The notes below the pieces were generated by a model. The model was not told the origin of the DNA. It saw only the letters and a program-made list of their open reading frames with translations, and did not search any database. Positions 31,848-46,600 of a stretch of 64,000 nucleotides of DNA are shown piece by piece. Each line of letters opens with the position of its first letter. The first letter of the stretch is position 1. Source of the DNA: Yuukianura sp. NJ FZ-2021 (taxonomy: Eukaryota); assembly GCA_046563655.1 (NCBI GenBank), contig CM102285.1:2418001-2482000 (forward strand), read 5' to 3'. The translations under genes and the position numbers were made by a program.

Positions 31848-34547
31848 TTAATCCTGAATTGACCGGGACGGAGACGTAGGAGAACCAACGGAGAGTGAGC
31901 TTAGGTTGAGTGCTGAGGAACTGCCACCAGGTGAATCAGGGGCAAAACTGGAAGCGGACGACGGTGGTCGGGAATACGTCGTGGTCACCTCCATTTTTAC
32001 GGGAGCATCCCTATCTGACCCTGTCATGGGGTCACTTGTCAACTGAAGTGACGCTGAACTTGGTGTTTGTTCACCAGAAGAAGAGCTGTTACGCGTGTGC
32101 GTGCGGAGGTGACGAGTAATCATGTCGCGGCGACAGGCAGAGTATGGACACTGTGGGCATTTGTAAGGTTTTTCTCCCGTATGAGTCCTAAAAATATAAT
32201 CAAAATTTATAAATCTTGTGTTTCAACTGAAATATTTTGGAAAAAATAGTAAAAAGTTTTGAAGTTTTCTTTCTTTCTTTTTTTTTTCGAAAATTTGTTG
32301 ATTTACCTTTGGTGCGTGCTGAGATGGTCTGACCGGGAGAAGACTTGGCCACAGACGCGACAAGTGTATGGCTTGACTCCTGTGTGTAAGCGCATATGCC
32401 GTGTGAGCATGTCACTCCGTGCAAATGACCGGTGACAAATGTCGCAAGGGTAACTTTTATTAGGATCGTGTGGTTTGGACTTGTGTCGGGAAGCCATGTG
32501 CTTTGCTAGTCTGTCATGGAGACTAAACATTTGACCACAAATGGGACACACAAAAGCCATGTCAGCTCCAGGCGGCATTTGCTCCACCACGGGTGACACG
32601 TCCAGGTTGTAGCGTAATGCCACGGAATTTCTGGTACTTGGTGACGCAATGTCTCCACGCACAACGGCTACAAATCAAAAAGTTAACATTAGATCCAGTA
32701 ATTCTCGGGTTATCTATAGAGATGTCAAAAATATTTAGTCTCCATGCCCGTAATGTTAACAAACATATTTTTGAGTTTTTTATTAGTAGGTATTTATATA
32801 TTTGCCCAATATCATTACTGTTAGTTTTTAAGTAAATATTTAGGCAATGTAAAAAAGACATATTTTTTTCTATTAATATTTCGGGTGTTTTCAGCACATA
32901 TTTTTGATATCCCTGGCTATCTGTCATGCTGTGTGGGTTTTGTTACCTGGAGAAAAACTAGTGGAAGTTGGAGTAATCGGTAAGCTCGGCAATAGTCGGG
33001 ATGAGAGACTTTCGGAACTTCCAATACTTCCGCTGCCTTTCACGGATAAGTCAAGCGGAGAGTCCTGAGGCGACGATTGGTCCGATTCGAGTGAGCCGCC
33101 TTTGGTGGGCATTTTAAGTGGGTGCGGAATGCATCGTTTTAGCCTGGTTGCCAACTTGGGATGACTCTTCTTTACTGACAAATCTTTAGGCTCAGATTTA
33201 CACTCCTCAGGTGTCAGTGGCAGTTCCGAGTCTGAGTGGCATCTAGAATTTTAAAATTTAAATTTTCTCTACATTAGAAAAATTCAAAAAACGGGAGATA
33301 TGAAAGTAGCGAAGCCAGGATTGAAATCCGACCAGACTTCAAGAGTCAAATGTGTTTAACCGTACAAAAAAGAGGCAAATTTGAGCCGATTTAAAAATAA
33401 CGGGTTTTGAACAAGGTTTGTTGATATAATTTTCGTTAACAGGTTGCGTAATACCTCAACGTTTTGCAATTTTACGAAAAAGTTTCATTTGCATTTCAGG
33501 GTATCGTAACCATGACAAATGGTTAATACATATTTTTATTTTTGAAATTGGTACCAACGGTACTCACTTATTGTTATTTTCATTTTTTGGTAAACAACTA
33601 GTATTACGCAACCTGTCAAAGAATACTAAATTGTTGTCAAGGAACCTTGGTTTTCCAATGACAGACAGACGGACGGACAACGTGAATCAGTAAAGTAGAT
33701 TTCCATAATTAGATTTTTATATTTATATTTTTTTATACGCAAGTTTTTCACTTACCGTCTGCGGTAAAGCTCTGCTAGTAAACCCTGTTGAAAAATTTGG
33801 TCCGAAAAGAGGGGTGAGGGGGAAAGCGGTGTGTTGGGGGTGAGGGGTGAGATGGGGGATGAGGGAAGTCCAAAGAGACTTGGAGCTGGTTCCAGTGCTG
33901 CTGTTGTCATGGTGACTCCGTGTGCTCTGCTCAAGGTCAAATGGTTCTTGCTCTCCATTGGCTGGTTGTTTGACCTTGGAGGGGGCGGTGGGGAGTCCGT
34001 TGTGCTGCCAAGATGGAGGGAACTAATTGTGATCGAGGGGGAGTCGAGTACTAACTGGTCATATGATCTTGTTGAGCTTGAGGGCGACAGCGCAGGACTG
34101 AAAACTTCTTCCTCTTCAGAGATGGCGCTGCACAGGTATCTCTCCCTGTCTGTACTGTCGAATCGAAATACTTCTGAGTGGTGCTGGTGGGCCTGGGAAG
34201 AGGTGGCTGGAGTTTGGGGTGAAGTGAGAATGTGGGTTGACGCCAGGGTGGGGCCAGGAGAGCTGCTACTCAGAGCACGTCGAGGAGAGCGAGAGTGGAA
34301 TGGGTGGTCAGGAGTAGAGGTTAGTGGAGTCAGCCGCTTAAGTTCTGGTTGACCTTGACCTCCTTCGACAAGGTTCAATTGTGACCCGCGTTTCGCCTTC
34401 CAGAACTTTGAGTGGATTAGAAGTTCCGGATTCTCCTCAGGCTCTTCACTGTCCATCGCCAGCGTTGCAGAGAGTTGGAACTTTGAATTTCCGGAGTCCA
34501 GCGGCTGCCAGCCACCGGCCTTAACCTTGGTCTTGACATTTGCAAAT
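31848..34547 (-). CDS. klu: Klumpfuss (EGR/WT1-related four-C2H2 zinc-finger transcription factor)
   Basis: Fingers [68 protein letters not shown]^[30 protein letters not shown], plus a CtBP-type PLDLS motif. Exons ~33755-34547, 32947-33243, 32307-32667 and 31848-32187. The start codon is uncertain. Confidence 0.9.
33412..33648. mobile_element. MITE-like element in a klu intron (CAAGGTTCCTTGACAAC-type end)
   Basis: Inverted pair ACAGGTTGCGTAATAC / GTATTACGCAACCTGT. Right end GTTGTCAAGGAACCTTG is shared with 43593-43609. Confidence 0.55.
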
Positions 34548-35280
34548 CTACAAATCAAATCGAAAACGTAAATTGCTTGAACTTTGGATTATATTTAAGC
34601 TCAGTTTTGAATTCAAAATGGAAAAAGTTAACATTTTCGGTCCAAAAATATCAAACGGTTAGCTAAATGCCAAAGGAAAATTCCTTTTAAAGGTCAAGAT
34701 TTTAATTTTCATTCTACTGCTAATAAATCGATTGAAATTTTCAGATGAAAATACTTTATGCCAAGCAAAAAAAATTGAACTCCTGGGCATTTATGTGATA
34801 CGAAGGGTAATACAGACTCCATTTTCCAAAAAAAATTGTATTCAATAAATATATTGGGACCTAATTTTTTCCGGAAACACTAAGTAATTTATTTTTCAAA
34901 AGAAAAATTCTTTTGATGTGACATCGGAAATCCGGATTTCGGTTTTTTGTATGGTTTGTATCTATTATGATGTTTTTTTTGACAATTCAGTTGTGTTTTG
35001 AAAGCGACGAGATTCTAAGCGACGAGAAGTGTTACATCATGTCCAACAGGTTGCCTAATACAAAACTCAAAAACGTGTCGACCGAAAACGGATTTACTTT
35101 TTCTTTCATGTACCATTGAGTACTAATGTACTGTTACCAAGACCACCACATTTTCTACTAGACTTCAACGCTCGATAATCGCTTTCTCATATACTTGTTA
35201 TAATTGCTATAATACTCCTCCAAGGTTTTTTTTTCCTAACTGGAAGCACTCTCCTTCCGTAGAAACCCTTAAAAAATATT

Positions 35281-35548
35281 GGAGTTTTTCTACTGAGCGA
35301 TTACCAAAGAAACATGAAACATTTTTGCAAAAATCTCGAGGTACCCCAGCTGTATTCACGATTTTTTGAACAAAATAAAAATAGAATCATCAAAAAACTG
35401 GGTTAAAAATAATTTTTTTAGAGACAGGGATTCAAAACTTTTATCATAGAATTTTATATTGTTCAAACAATTGCGAATGTAGTTGGGGTGATTTGAGATT
35501 TTGCAAAAACGTTTCGTTTTTCGCTGATCGCTCAGTAGAAGAAAACCA
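35281..35548. mobile_element. Degenerate MITE-like inverted repeat
   Basis: TTCTACTGAGCGAT..TTTTTGCAAAAATCTC pairs with GAGATTTTGCAAAAA..ATCGCTCAGTAGAA. Confidence 0.45.
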
Positions 35549-38500
35549 ATGTTTTCTTCAGGTTAGGTTGCTACGTATAGTACTAAAAGGTACTACGAAA
35601 CCTTTTTTTTTCATTACATTATACACTTGATACTTTGTAAACAGATTGTAGTAAACAAACAATTTTCTAAAAAAGTGCTTTGTGTTCTACGGAAAGCTTT
35701 CGTTTCAAAAACTGCTTCTTTTTTTCACATCTAAAGAAGCTCTCATTTTTTTCAGCTGATGAGCTCATGTCCAAAAGAAAAAAAGAAAGTTACATGCTTT
35801 TGCTGTCTTTTTTCTAAAGCTTTGTAACAAGGAAGCAAGAAATTACAAAAAAGAAAAAAGCGAGGAAGGATACGCGATGCGACAGACAGAAAAGCGCCAT
35901 AATTTGATAGGAAAAGCGTGCAGAGTGTGTACGTACAAGAGGAAATCCTATGTTGTCGTGACAACCACGAGCACCGCTCTTACCTAGTCTCGGATTTGCA
36001 GAAATTTTCGAAATCCTGCTTACACGGTAAGTACAGCACGTGTAGCCATGACGTTATCAACCCGTTTTCAAAATAAAAAATACAAGGTAAGAGCGAAAGG
36101 TTTTTGAAATGTGAGAGCTGTTACACAAACTTTAACTGTGATTTTTGGAAAGAAAAATTACAATTCTGTTTTTATGAGTTTACAAAAAATGCTCAACCGA
36201 CATAACAAAATTTCAAATCAGTGAAAAACAATTCCTGGAAATAACTGTTTATACATAGTACCGGGGAGGTAGTAAATTTGAGTTGTAAGCTTGACCTAAG
36301 TCAACGTTTTAATTATTATGCTAATGCTTTTACGGATGAGTGAATTACTGTAGTAATTTGCTTTTATGAACTTTCACAATTTCTCCAAAATTTTTTTAAC
36401 CAAGGTGTATATGTCTTTCGTTGCAGATTTTGGAACAAAAATAAGCAAGTCAGATTCCTGTCGTGGTGTTTACAGCAAGACAATTTACGCTAATGCATTT
36501 TGGTGGTGCATTGAACTTGCAGAAAGGTCGCGCTTGTTTGATCTTGACTGAAAGCATATTGGATTGGAATTAAGCTTTTGGAAAAAAGCTTCTAGCAACA
36601 GAAGGGAAACCAGCAGAAAACAGGAACAAAGATTTTGAAGGAAATCCGTGTGCTGCGTGTACGTGAACATTCCGGGCACTTGCGGGCTTTTCAAAAACTT
36701 TGAGAAATGGGAATGACGTCAATGGAGAAAGAGGGAAGCGGATGAGGAGGAGACAGGTAAATAGAGAGAAAGATGCTGAAGTGGAAACAGGCTTTGTAAT
36801 TGGACCTCCGCACGGGTTGGAAATGACAGAGAATATTGTTTAGAGCTTTATAAAGTCGTTGTGTTGGTTTGGTGGGACAGGTAGGCTGGTGGGTCAGGTG
36901 GGTCCGGAATGGTGGGTGGGATCAATACTGGTTGAGGAGGCGGATGTGGAGGTCAGAGCCTTGAAGTTTCCTCTGCGACCGACCTTGGGCGTAAAAGGAC
37001 TGCACACACACTTGGAGAAAGCAGACGACTTTCTCCTCTGTAAATCAATAGTTACTCCCCCAGTCCTATCTCAAAGGCATAGCCCTTTTGTCTCCACTTT
37101 TAAAATATGTTCAAAGAAGCGCACTAAAATTCAAAAAATACACGTTAGTTTAGTATGAGCTAGGTTCTTTTTACAAAATTTTGGGATAGAAACCCTCGGA
37201 TTAGCAAAGCAAATAGCAAAGTTTAAAAAAAATATTTAAAAAAACGAAAATAGATTTGCCTTGTGCTCAAGAAAAGTGTTCGATAATCAAAAATTTTCAG
37301 AATTTTCAGACTGGCAATTTCAAAATTTGGAATTCCAAAGTATAGAACTTTAAAATTTAATAAGTTATAGTCTGGAGATTAAAAATGAAGGAAGAATACT
37401 CGAAAACTGAAAACTGAAAATTTTGATTTTAAAGGTGAAAGTTTGTTAGAAATATTACAGGTCTGAGGAAAGTTTAAGTTGATTGACTTTGAGAAAAAGT
37501 CCTTGACAAAGTCGACGCATTTGGAAACGACTCCAATTTTGTGATTCAGCAAATTTCGGTGTTCTAAATATTAATCAAGGTTGGCGCGTCCTTGTCATGT
37601 TCAAACTGAGAACAAAGTTGAATGATTTTTTTTGAAATAGAGGGTGAAAGCGATAGCTGTTTACCATAACTTTTTGTCTACTCTGTAACCAGGTTGCATC
37701 AAGTCAAAGTTTAAGACGATCCACCTTGACCATGACCATGCATAGCTTGAATCAATAAATGGAACTTCTACAGAGCATCGTCCTCTGCCATAAAGTCATT
37801 TTCAAAATCATCTTCCATGACCTTTACAATCTTTCGGGAAATTCGAAATTCCTAAACGGAAATCGAACTTGATCGATCAGACAAATGTGTTACGTTAAAT
37901 TTTACACTTTTCCGTACCAAAGTCGTTTGCGGAAGTGAACTCGTTTCCTTACTTTTTACGTAACCCTTGACATTTGATTTTCGGTACATGTGATTTTACA
38001 GGAAACCAGGCATTTTACAAATTACTTTTTCAAAAATTTTGGCCAAAATGAATATCTTTTTCCCAAAACTTTGTTTTCCGCACGTGTCGCTCCCTACCCC
38101 AACACCGTGCTGGATAATTTTCTGCCCGGATGTACGCATTTCGTACTCCGAACTTCATGGAGAAAGTGCACGATATGAGAATTGAGTAAACTGATTGTGA
38201 GTAAATAGTGCTAATTATGCTCTTACAAAGCGAGCAAATCCTTTTATTATGACATGCGAATTGCGATTTCAAACGAAGCTAACTTATATATACAAAAGCA
38301 AATTCTTCAATCGAACAAAGATTTACAGTTTTTGAAACTTTAGGAAATTCAGAAAAACATTTATGTGCTAGAATTTCGAGTTACTTGAAGTTCTGGTTGT
38401 TTTGAGAAATGATAGGAACATCGAAAAGTTAACTTTGTAATAGAATCTACCAATTAGCCAGATAAATAATACTTTTGACACTTTTCCAGGTTTATATAAG

Positions 38501-41500
38501 ACAATAACTTAGTTTTTATTCCAATTTTTTGCAATTACCTATAATAAGCCAAATTTAAGCAAGATTCAGTTTTCCAAATAACGGGAGTATAAGCCGGTTC
38601 AAATAACAGCAAATTATTTGAAAAATTATATAACAAATGACATTGGACTATTATCCTCCATGTGATATTTCATTAACATTATATTCTTAGATTTAATAAT
38701 ACTTGAAAATTTGAGTATCAAATTCCCGCTTCTTGCTATTCATTACAACACGTTTCCTACGCCTCTGCCAAGTATGTGGATAAAATTTAACAAATTTAAC
38801 GAATGTAATTTCCCTAATGTTCCACACTATCAAAAGAGGATATCCTCACTTTCACATCCTAAGCCCTCTTCAACATTAAATTTCATGTTATGATTAAAGC
38901 ATGCACAAACTTCAACGTGACATCGAACATAAAAAAGAATTTTGTCTTTCCAACTTTGAGTCAAATTTGGTTAAAAAAAATTTTAATCTTAATTTAATTT
39001 AATTTAAATTTAACTTAATTTAAAATGTTTGGGAAGTACGAGTTTTAAAAAATATTTTGTAGTTAGTTTTTCAAAAGTCAATGAACTGCGATTTATGTAG
39101 TAAGTTGCGATCAGTACCACGAGTACATCCTCACCTTAACCAAAAAATTGATTTCAATTTGAGGATATCTTCAAAGTACATGCAGACGAAGTATGAACCG
39201 ATAGATAGAAAAAGATACAAGGAATGATTACTCACAAAGGAGATGTCAATCGAAATCAGTTCTTTTGTTTTCCTCTTCCTCATGTCGATTGTCATTAGTA
39301 TTCGAAGGAGTCTTATACACATTTTGAATCATTATAAAAAAATATTACAGGGATAATGACAAGAGAGCAACAGGTGAATTCGTGTTAGGACTCCAACGGA
39401 CTCTGTGTCCATGCGCATTTGAAATTTAAAACAAGACAGAGATGATGATGGGCATGATGAATCTTCTTTGTGCAAACTATTTATAGCAACCTCCAATGAA
39501 TTTGCAACAAACGTTTTCCTAAAACGGCACCCCACACCCCCTGATAAAACTCATTCCGTATGCCAAGCGCGCGAAAATTTTCGAATTTGAAAATCGCGTT
39601 TTCCCTTCACGGCACGAACCTTGTCCCTGACATTTAGTATTTCATTACCGTGTTACCTTGAGCAAAAAAAAATTCATAGGCGTGACACCTAAACCCAGCT
39701 AATTTTAACTCATTTTTTAAAATGTCAACCTGTTGCAGAAAACTAAGTTTAAACTTTCCCGCCCTCTGCTCATTTACCTTCAAAAGTGACAAAGACGTCA
39801 CTCGCTTTTCTCGGTTACGAAGATACAGGCTCCAAACTTTAAATGTTTGCGCTCTGCAGTTCTGTTCGTCCTCGTGTCTCAACTTTCTCTAACTTAACAA
39901 ATGTAATAAAGTTTAAAAGCAATTTGAAACGCTATACGCTTCATAAGTAATTCATTCTGAACACTTCGTTTTACACAGGTAAGTTCAAAAAATGTTTCAA
40001 GCGATGCTGTAGTTGTTTACTATACTTTACGAATTTATAACTACGCGGTCAGCGGGATTTTGCAGTAACTTGGTTGTAACGCAACAGCCGCGGGAGACTG
40101 AAAAAATGTGGGATTTCTTTTGCTGACGTCACAACATTTCTTTTTTGCTTTCATCTTGTGCACAATGTTGGACGTGTAAGGCTTCAAAAAAAATTGCCAG
40201 TGCATTTTTGTACACTTTTAGAAATTTATAAGGAATTCCTTTGAATTTTTAATTTTGGGCAAAATGTACCACGGTTCAAATCTAACAAAATTGCCGAAGC
40301 ACTAAGAAATTCTAATTTTGACAGAAGAACCGTCACTGCGTTTTTTTTAGTTTAAAGCCAAAATGTCATGCACGAGGAGGGAGGATTGTTCAAAGTTATT
40401 TACGCTTTGAAATGCCGCGCTCCGAACAAAATTATTGACATTGCCATTTTTAGCTCTCATTTTTTGTAGCATTGGGTGTTTTGGTCAGCATGTGGCCCAT
40501 GTGCGTCACTACTCGACGGAACAACAACAAAGTCAAAGTAGAAGCGGGAATTGGCAAAGAAAAAGCAAACGAAGTGTTTTCCTTTTGCACGCGTTACACC
40601 TACGCCCTCAACTTTTCTCCTGTCATACACTTTCTTCCTTGTTTTCTTCTTTTGCTTTTACTTCTCTAGAGTGTACACTTGCACAAAAGCAAAAGAAAAT
40701 GTCAATAACTGATTCAAACTTAAAGTTCAAGAAATTATTCTCAAAATAGAAATTCCCATTGACATTTCACAACAACCGGGCACACTTTGGAAAATACTGC
40801 CTTTACCTTGTATTATTAACACAATGTCAACAACTTAACCCTTACAACTCTCCTGCTATTGAAACCTCCAAATGTCGTTCAACTACGCTGAAACAATCTT
40901 TTCTTTGTTCAAAGAATGTATGAGTTTGAAATTGATCCACTTGTTGACAAAAATATATTTCGAAAAATGATTGGTTTGATAGATTTTTTTGTAAATGTGG
41001 GAGTTGTTGATCTATTGTTGAAACATTTGCACCAATTTCATTTGCCATTCAATTTCCATTCAAGTTCATTCAATGTTCATTTGAACCAATTGCTCAGAAC
41101 TGTCACAACTCTCCTACTACCGAAAAAAAATCTTTGATTGAAATTTTCGAAAGCAATTAGCGCTTTAAAACTTGTGTTTATAGAGCAAGCATAAAGCTTA
41201 GTACCTGGTCTTGAAGTCGTTCGGTATGTTATAGGTATTTTGTAGGCTGCATTTCAAACCGTGTAATACAAAACGGACCAAAATGGAAACATGGGCAGAA
41301 CGTCAATTCAAAGCAAAAACCGCTAATCGAGATTGGATTTGGTTAAGGTAAAAGTCATCACGATAATAAAATTAAGGGTGGACATGAGGTCATAATTTTC
41401 TGGAATTGAAAAATTGAAATTTTTGGAGTGAAAGCAGTGAAATTTTGGGTAGAGTATTTCTGTTGAGTAAACCACGCTATGTTTCGCCAGGAGAAAATCA

Positions 41501-43387
41501 ATAGGCTGGTTGCACGTGCAAGGAGAAACGCAACTCCCGTAAGGATAGTGGGTGGAAAATAGGAGAGAATGAAGGCCAGACCTTGACTTTCTCGGAATTT
41601 TTGAGACAAAAAAAATTGCACTACTATATGCTTCCCATACTTCGCTTTTGCGAAAATGCACAAAAAAAGACAGTTCAAAAATATGTCTCAAAATTACTTC
41701 ATAGTAATTGTACAGGTTGAGTCCAACGTTTCATGATATTGTCCTAAAAGTTTGCCTGCAGTTGGCAAAAAAATTTTCTTTTCGAAATTTCAAATTTAAT
41801 TTAGGTAAAATTATGGATGGGGGAAATCGCATACGTTGTTTTATAAGAATTACTGTGCAGCACACTAAATTTTGTTGTTTACTTGGAATGTATATGTTTT
41901 CAATGAATAAAAAAATATAATAAAAAAATTGAGTAACAATTCAGTTAAAAAATTGTGTGTCGAGCACAATGATATGAACAATAGAGACACAATAGAAATC
42001 AAGCTCAGGTTCTGTGCAAGCAACAAACATAATCTTCTTTCTTCTTTTGAACTCTCGTTAAACATCTTTTACAATTCAGCAAAAGGAAAACGAAATTTCA
42101 AGGAGCTTAAATCCACGACTCGCGTATTGCCATTATTGGAAGAAATTTTTGAAATGACAACTTTGTTACAATATCAAAGCTTTAAACTTGAAGGGCTCAC
42201 CTCAACCTTCACCTCAGTATTTCTATTGGAAATTATTTCCTAATTTACTGCCCTTGAGTAACCATCCGACAATGGCAATAATAATCATATTCAGCCAATC
42301 ATTAACCATACTTGGACATGATGAGACTTACAACTAAAAAAATACCAAAAAAAAATGTGGAAAATACTTACAAAAACAACTTACTACAAAAAATAAAATT
42401 CTACAAACACAAAAAATTCAATAAAAAACTTTGTTTTACGTACCATTGTAGCCATGTCGGACGTGGTTAGCAGCTTAGAAATGATGATTAAAAGATTATA
42501 GCTATTGTTTCATTTCGTATCGACTATCGACGCCTATTATTCAGGTACTAGTAACTCTACGTTCCAGGTAACTTTTGTGGAAGTTATGTACTAAAGTAAA
42601 CAACTGTTGATTTTTTACTATTTTACAGAAATTTGACTTTTTCCAAAAGTTATTGTTCTCCCGCCTTTCAAAAATTACTTTCTCTCTATAAAAATATGTG
42701 TAGTAACTGCGAAGGCGAGGAACCAACTAACGCGCTAGCACGTTAGACGAGTAGTAATATAGTAGTAAACGTAGTGGGCTTTTCAGTTCTGGAAAAGCAA
42801 ACGACCGCGGAAAAGCTTCTCGTCCTTGTCATGCCTACTAGAAGACTTTCTCAACTTTCTCCCAAACGGGCTTTTCCAACACAGCCCAGGCACTGGGCAA
42901 AGTTTGCAGCACCCTCAGTCCTGCACGGTACAACTTCCTCGGCTGTTCAAGCATAGAGGTTGTTCCTCAAATTTACAAGCATATTGTATCCATACAGGGG
43001 AGTACTAGCACCTTTGACTAACCTCCAGATTTCCCATGATGCTCTACATATGCAACTCTCGGCGGAAGTTCAAGGAAGAAGAGTTTTCAGGGCCAACTGA
43101 CTTTCACCGGAAAGAAACGAACGTGTCGGAATAAATCTACCTTGCATCAATACGCGCTCAATATTCGTCTGAGAAATAACGGAATCAAAAAATTTGCCAC
43201 CTACATAAACGTATGCTACAACGTAGGCGCATTTGATGAATACTTGACGAAGATTCTAACTCAATAGATAACAAGAATACCATAAGCGGAAAACTTTCTC
43301 ATAGTTTTGAAGAAAATATAGTAGTTGCATAAAGCTTTGTTTTATTATGACTATTTAGTATTTAGCTCAGAAAACAAAATTGTGGAA

Positions 43388-43609
43388 CCAAAGGTTCGTA
43401 AAAAAACTTTTTCTACACCAGGTTGTCCAATAACTGGAAGTTTTAAAATTTGTTTGAGAACGGCAAATCTGCCTTTCTATGGTAATGTTTTGAATGTAAT
43501 GTAGTAAATGGGATTGGTGCAAAAATTTGTTTAAAGTAAGATTTTTGGAAACCCTGAGTTATTGGAGAACCAGTTGTAGGAATTACAATTCGGTTGTCAA
43601 GGAACCTTG
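43388..43609. mobile_element. MITE-like element, same end family as 33412-33648
   Basis: CTACACCAGGTTGTCCAATAACT pairs with AGTTATTGGAGAACCAGTTGTAG; the element ends in GTTGTCAAGGAACCTTG. Confidence 0.5.
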
Positions 43610-46600
43610 TGGAGACTTAGCATTTAATATCCTATTGAAAGTTTTGGGAGTTTAGGTTTTTATGTCTAGGTGTTTTGTATGTTTTTTTTTCTTAGTTCTT
43701 CTTTTTGTTTTTCTTAGTTTTTGTACCCTTATCTCTTTTCTATCATATGCAGTTATGATGAAAAAATTCAAAACTGGAATCTTACGAATACATAAGTTTG
43801 AAAATTAAAAAAAAACGGTTGTAGACAGAGCGAGAAAGTAGCGAGAGATTCTGTAAAATTTGAAATGTCAAAGCTTTGTGCGGACACTAAGCCGGTTGGA
43901 CTCGGACGACGACTGTCTGTAGCTTTCTTTGTCTCTGGCGTTAGAGTATATAATATTAATTTATGTTTTTAATGTATTTTTTATAGCAAAGCGCCCTGTG
44001 AACCTTCAAAAGAGCCTTGTAGGTGGGAAATTGCTGTTGGGCTGATTATTGAAAGAGGGTGAGATTGGAATACCTGTTGCAGAGATGCTGTTGTTGATTG
44101 AGAGGAAGATAATTGGAAGCGGGATTCCTTTCTTATTTACTGGAGGAGCCAAGATCAACTTCTTACTACTTATCAAGGGAGCTCAAGAGGCAGGGAAGAT
44201 CAGCGGACACAAAAAGTGGTCGAACATTCCTTTGTGATGCAGACAAGGGGCTCCTCAAACACCCTCGCCACCCTCAAGTCCACTTTTTTCATCAACACTT
44301 TCAGAGAATTTCTTAAATCTTCCCTTTAGTTACTTGTTTCAAGCGAAACAATTTGAGAGGGGGAGGTGAAGGGTCTCAGCCCTTGAGGAATTTCGAATTA
44401 CCCGCCTTCTAATTTGGCAAAATTCCAAGAAATTATATGCCAAAACCACTTTAAACGTTGGCCAACATTGCCATAAGTACAGACAAAAATTTGTAAGAAC
44501 TTTTAGCCAGTTTTACTCTGGGCAGTTTTGCCCAAATTCCATGAAACCTTTCTAAAACTGCAATTTGACTTTAGAAATTTTTTCATCGAAGTGCAACGTT
44601 ACAATATTAGACGAATTTCCGAAATTTTATAAATTCAATAGCTTATAAAAGCCTTGTAAACTGCCCACAAACTTTTTCTACACATTCAGTTACACAAATT
44701 GAGGCGGTTTTTGGTTTGAGCGAATCCTGACTTTTTTATGAGTTCTTTTTGAAATTTAGTAAATACATAATGTTATAATAGCAGTTTTTATTTCAGTTTC
44801 ATCACCTTGATAAATTAAATGGTGAATTGGAACTTTTTTTTGGAAATAATAGAAATGTTTTTCAATTTTTTTTGAAAATGTTGTTTGTGAAATAGTTGAA
44901 ATTATTTATTATTATTTTTTGAAAAAGCTAGTTTTGGTGAATTCTTGCAACAGGTAAAAGGTCACATTTACATTTAATTACAATTGTTTGCTCCTGTAGG
45001 AGATCCTTAAGGAAAACCACTTACACAGAGACACAACAAGCACCTGTTTGCAGTTTGGAATTCCAATGGAATTGAGGTGTTTTGTTTTAACTAAAAATTG
45101 GTTTTTTAGGAAGACAGCAGGAGAAGATGAGTCTTAAAGTCTTTGTGAAGATGTGGCTCTTTATTGCATGTTTTCGAAAACAGGTTTCAAGGCTTTTGAG
45201 CTGTGATTTTCAAAAGGAAGCAGGATCTTCAGACTGACTGACTAAGATGAAAATCCGGATTCAAAATCAATTGTGGGGGCGTGAAACTCCTCTTTTTCTA
45301 CAGATTTATAACATATCTTCACGCAGGAATTCTTTTGGTACTCTTAAAATTCACATTTCATCACGGCCGTGATTCAAGCACTTAAGAAGATTCTGGAAAA
45401 TTAGCTTTTGCAATAAAAAAAAACTTTTCCAGTTTTGTATTCTATAAAGAAAGTTGCAATTTTTTGTATTTGGGTTTTCCAACAACTTAATCTAAAATTT
45501 TGAAAAAAATGGAATTGTTGTTAGGGATTGGAAAATTGGATTTTTTTTTAAACTTTGATGGTTAGGTAGTCGTTTGTGTTAAATTTACTTTAGTACATTT
45601 TATTTAAATTAATTTCTGTTAGAGACTAACTCGTTTGGAAGAATTTTGGCGGTATATTCAAAATCTGCATTCTCAGTTAACATTGGATAATGAATGGTTT
45701 AATGTTGCAAGCTTAGCGCTTATGAACGGTTAAGCTTATGGAAGCTTATATTCAGTAAAAGAAGTGCTCCAGGGAAAGTTCAGAGATCACGCAGCTTGTA
45801 GATTTTTGAATTTAGCGGCTCTTTTGACTGTAAACAAAGGCAGTCATTTACCATAATTTTTACAGCATAATTTTTTTTTATATGTCAAATTGCTTTGGCA
45901 AAATGTTCATTATGAATTTCAGTGTTCACGTATTACGCCCCATATCAAAACCGCGGGAACCTTAAAGGTTATTTTTTCCTTCAAAAAATGTAAAAACATT
46001 TTCGACTTCCACTCACCCACTAACCCCACATAACTTTCACTCACAAACATAACCAACTATGTTTAAACCTAAATAAGCTAGCAATTTGAAACGTAAATTA
46101 AACGTATAAATGAAATTATAAACGTAAATGAAACGTAAACATAAATTCCTCAAGCCTTTCGTTACTGCTGCAACCGCGGTAGCGTAAGGCTAGCTGCATT
46201 AGGTTTAATTTTCTTTTTGTTTCAGTTTCTATGAATCTCAAAAAAACATGCGCAGCGAGGACGTATTTCCATGCCAAAAGCTGCGCAGTTGCTTTTCCTT
46301 AGAATCGCGGCACCGTGGAACCCTGATTTGACTGACTTGGCGAGTAATGTAGTGAATGAGGTGAGGGTGGCTTAATTGCCTCTACGAAGCAAAAGTGCCC
46401 GTAGGCTCCACACAAGCCTCACCCAAAGGTCAAGTCTACGTCCTTGCCCAAACAGGAAAACAGGAGAAGAATAGTTGAAAAGGAGCTGCATTCCTGTGCT
46501 TCCCCACATACACATGCTCAACAATAACGCTTGGTGCCAGATAACATAACAAAATCTAAGGTTTTGTTAACCTACGGTTTCGGAAGACAAAAGGATGAGC

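Noticed and set aside
33831-34352. 173-aa plus-strand ORF
   Set aside because: Antisense shadow of the Ser/Pro-rich klu exon.
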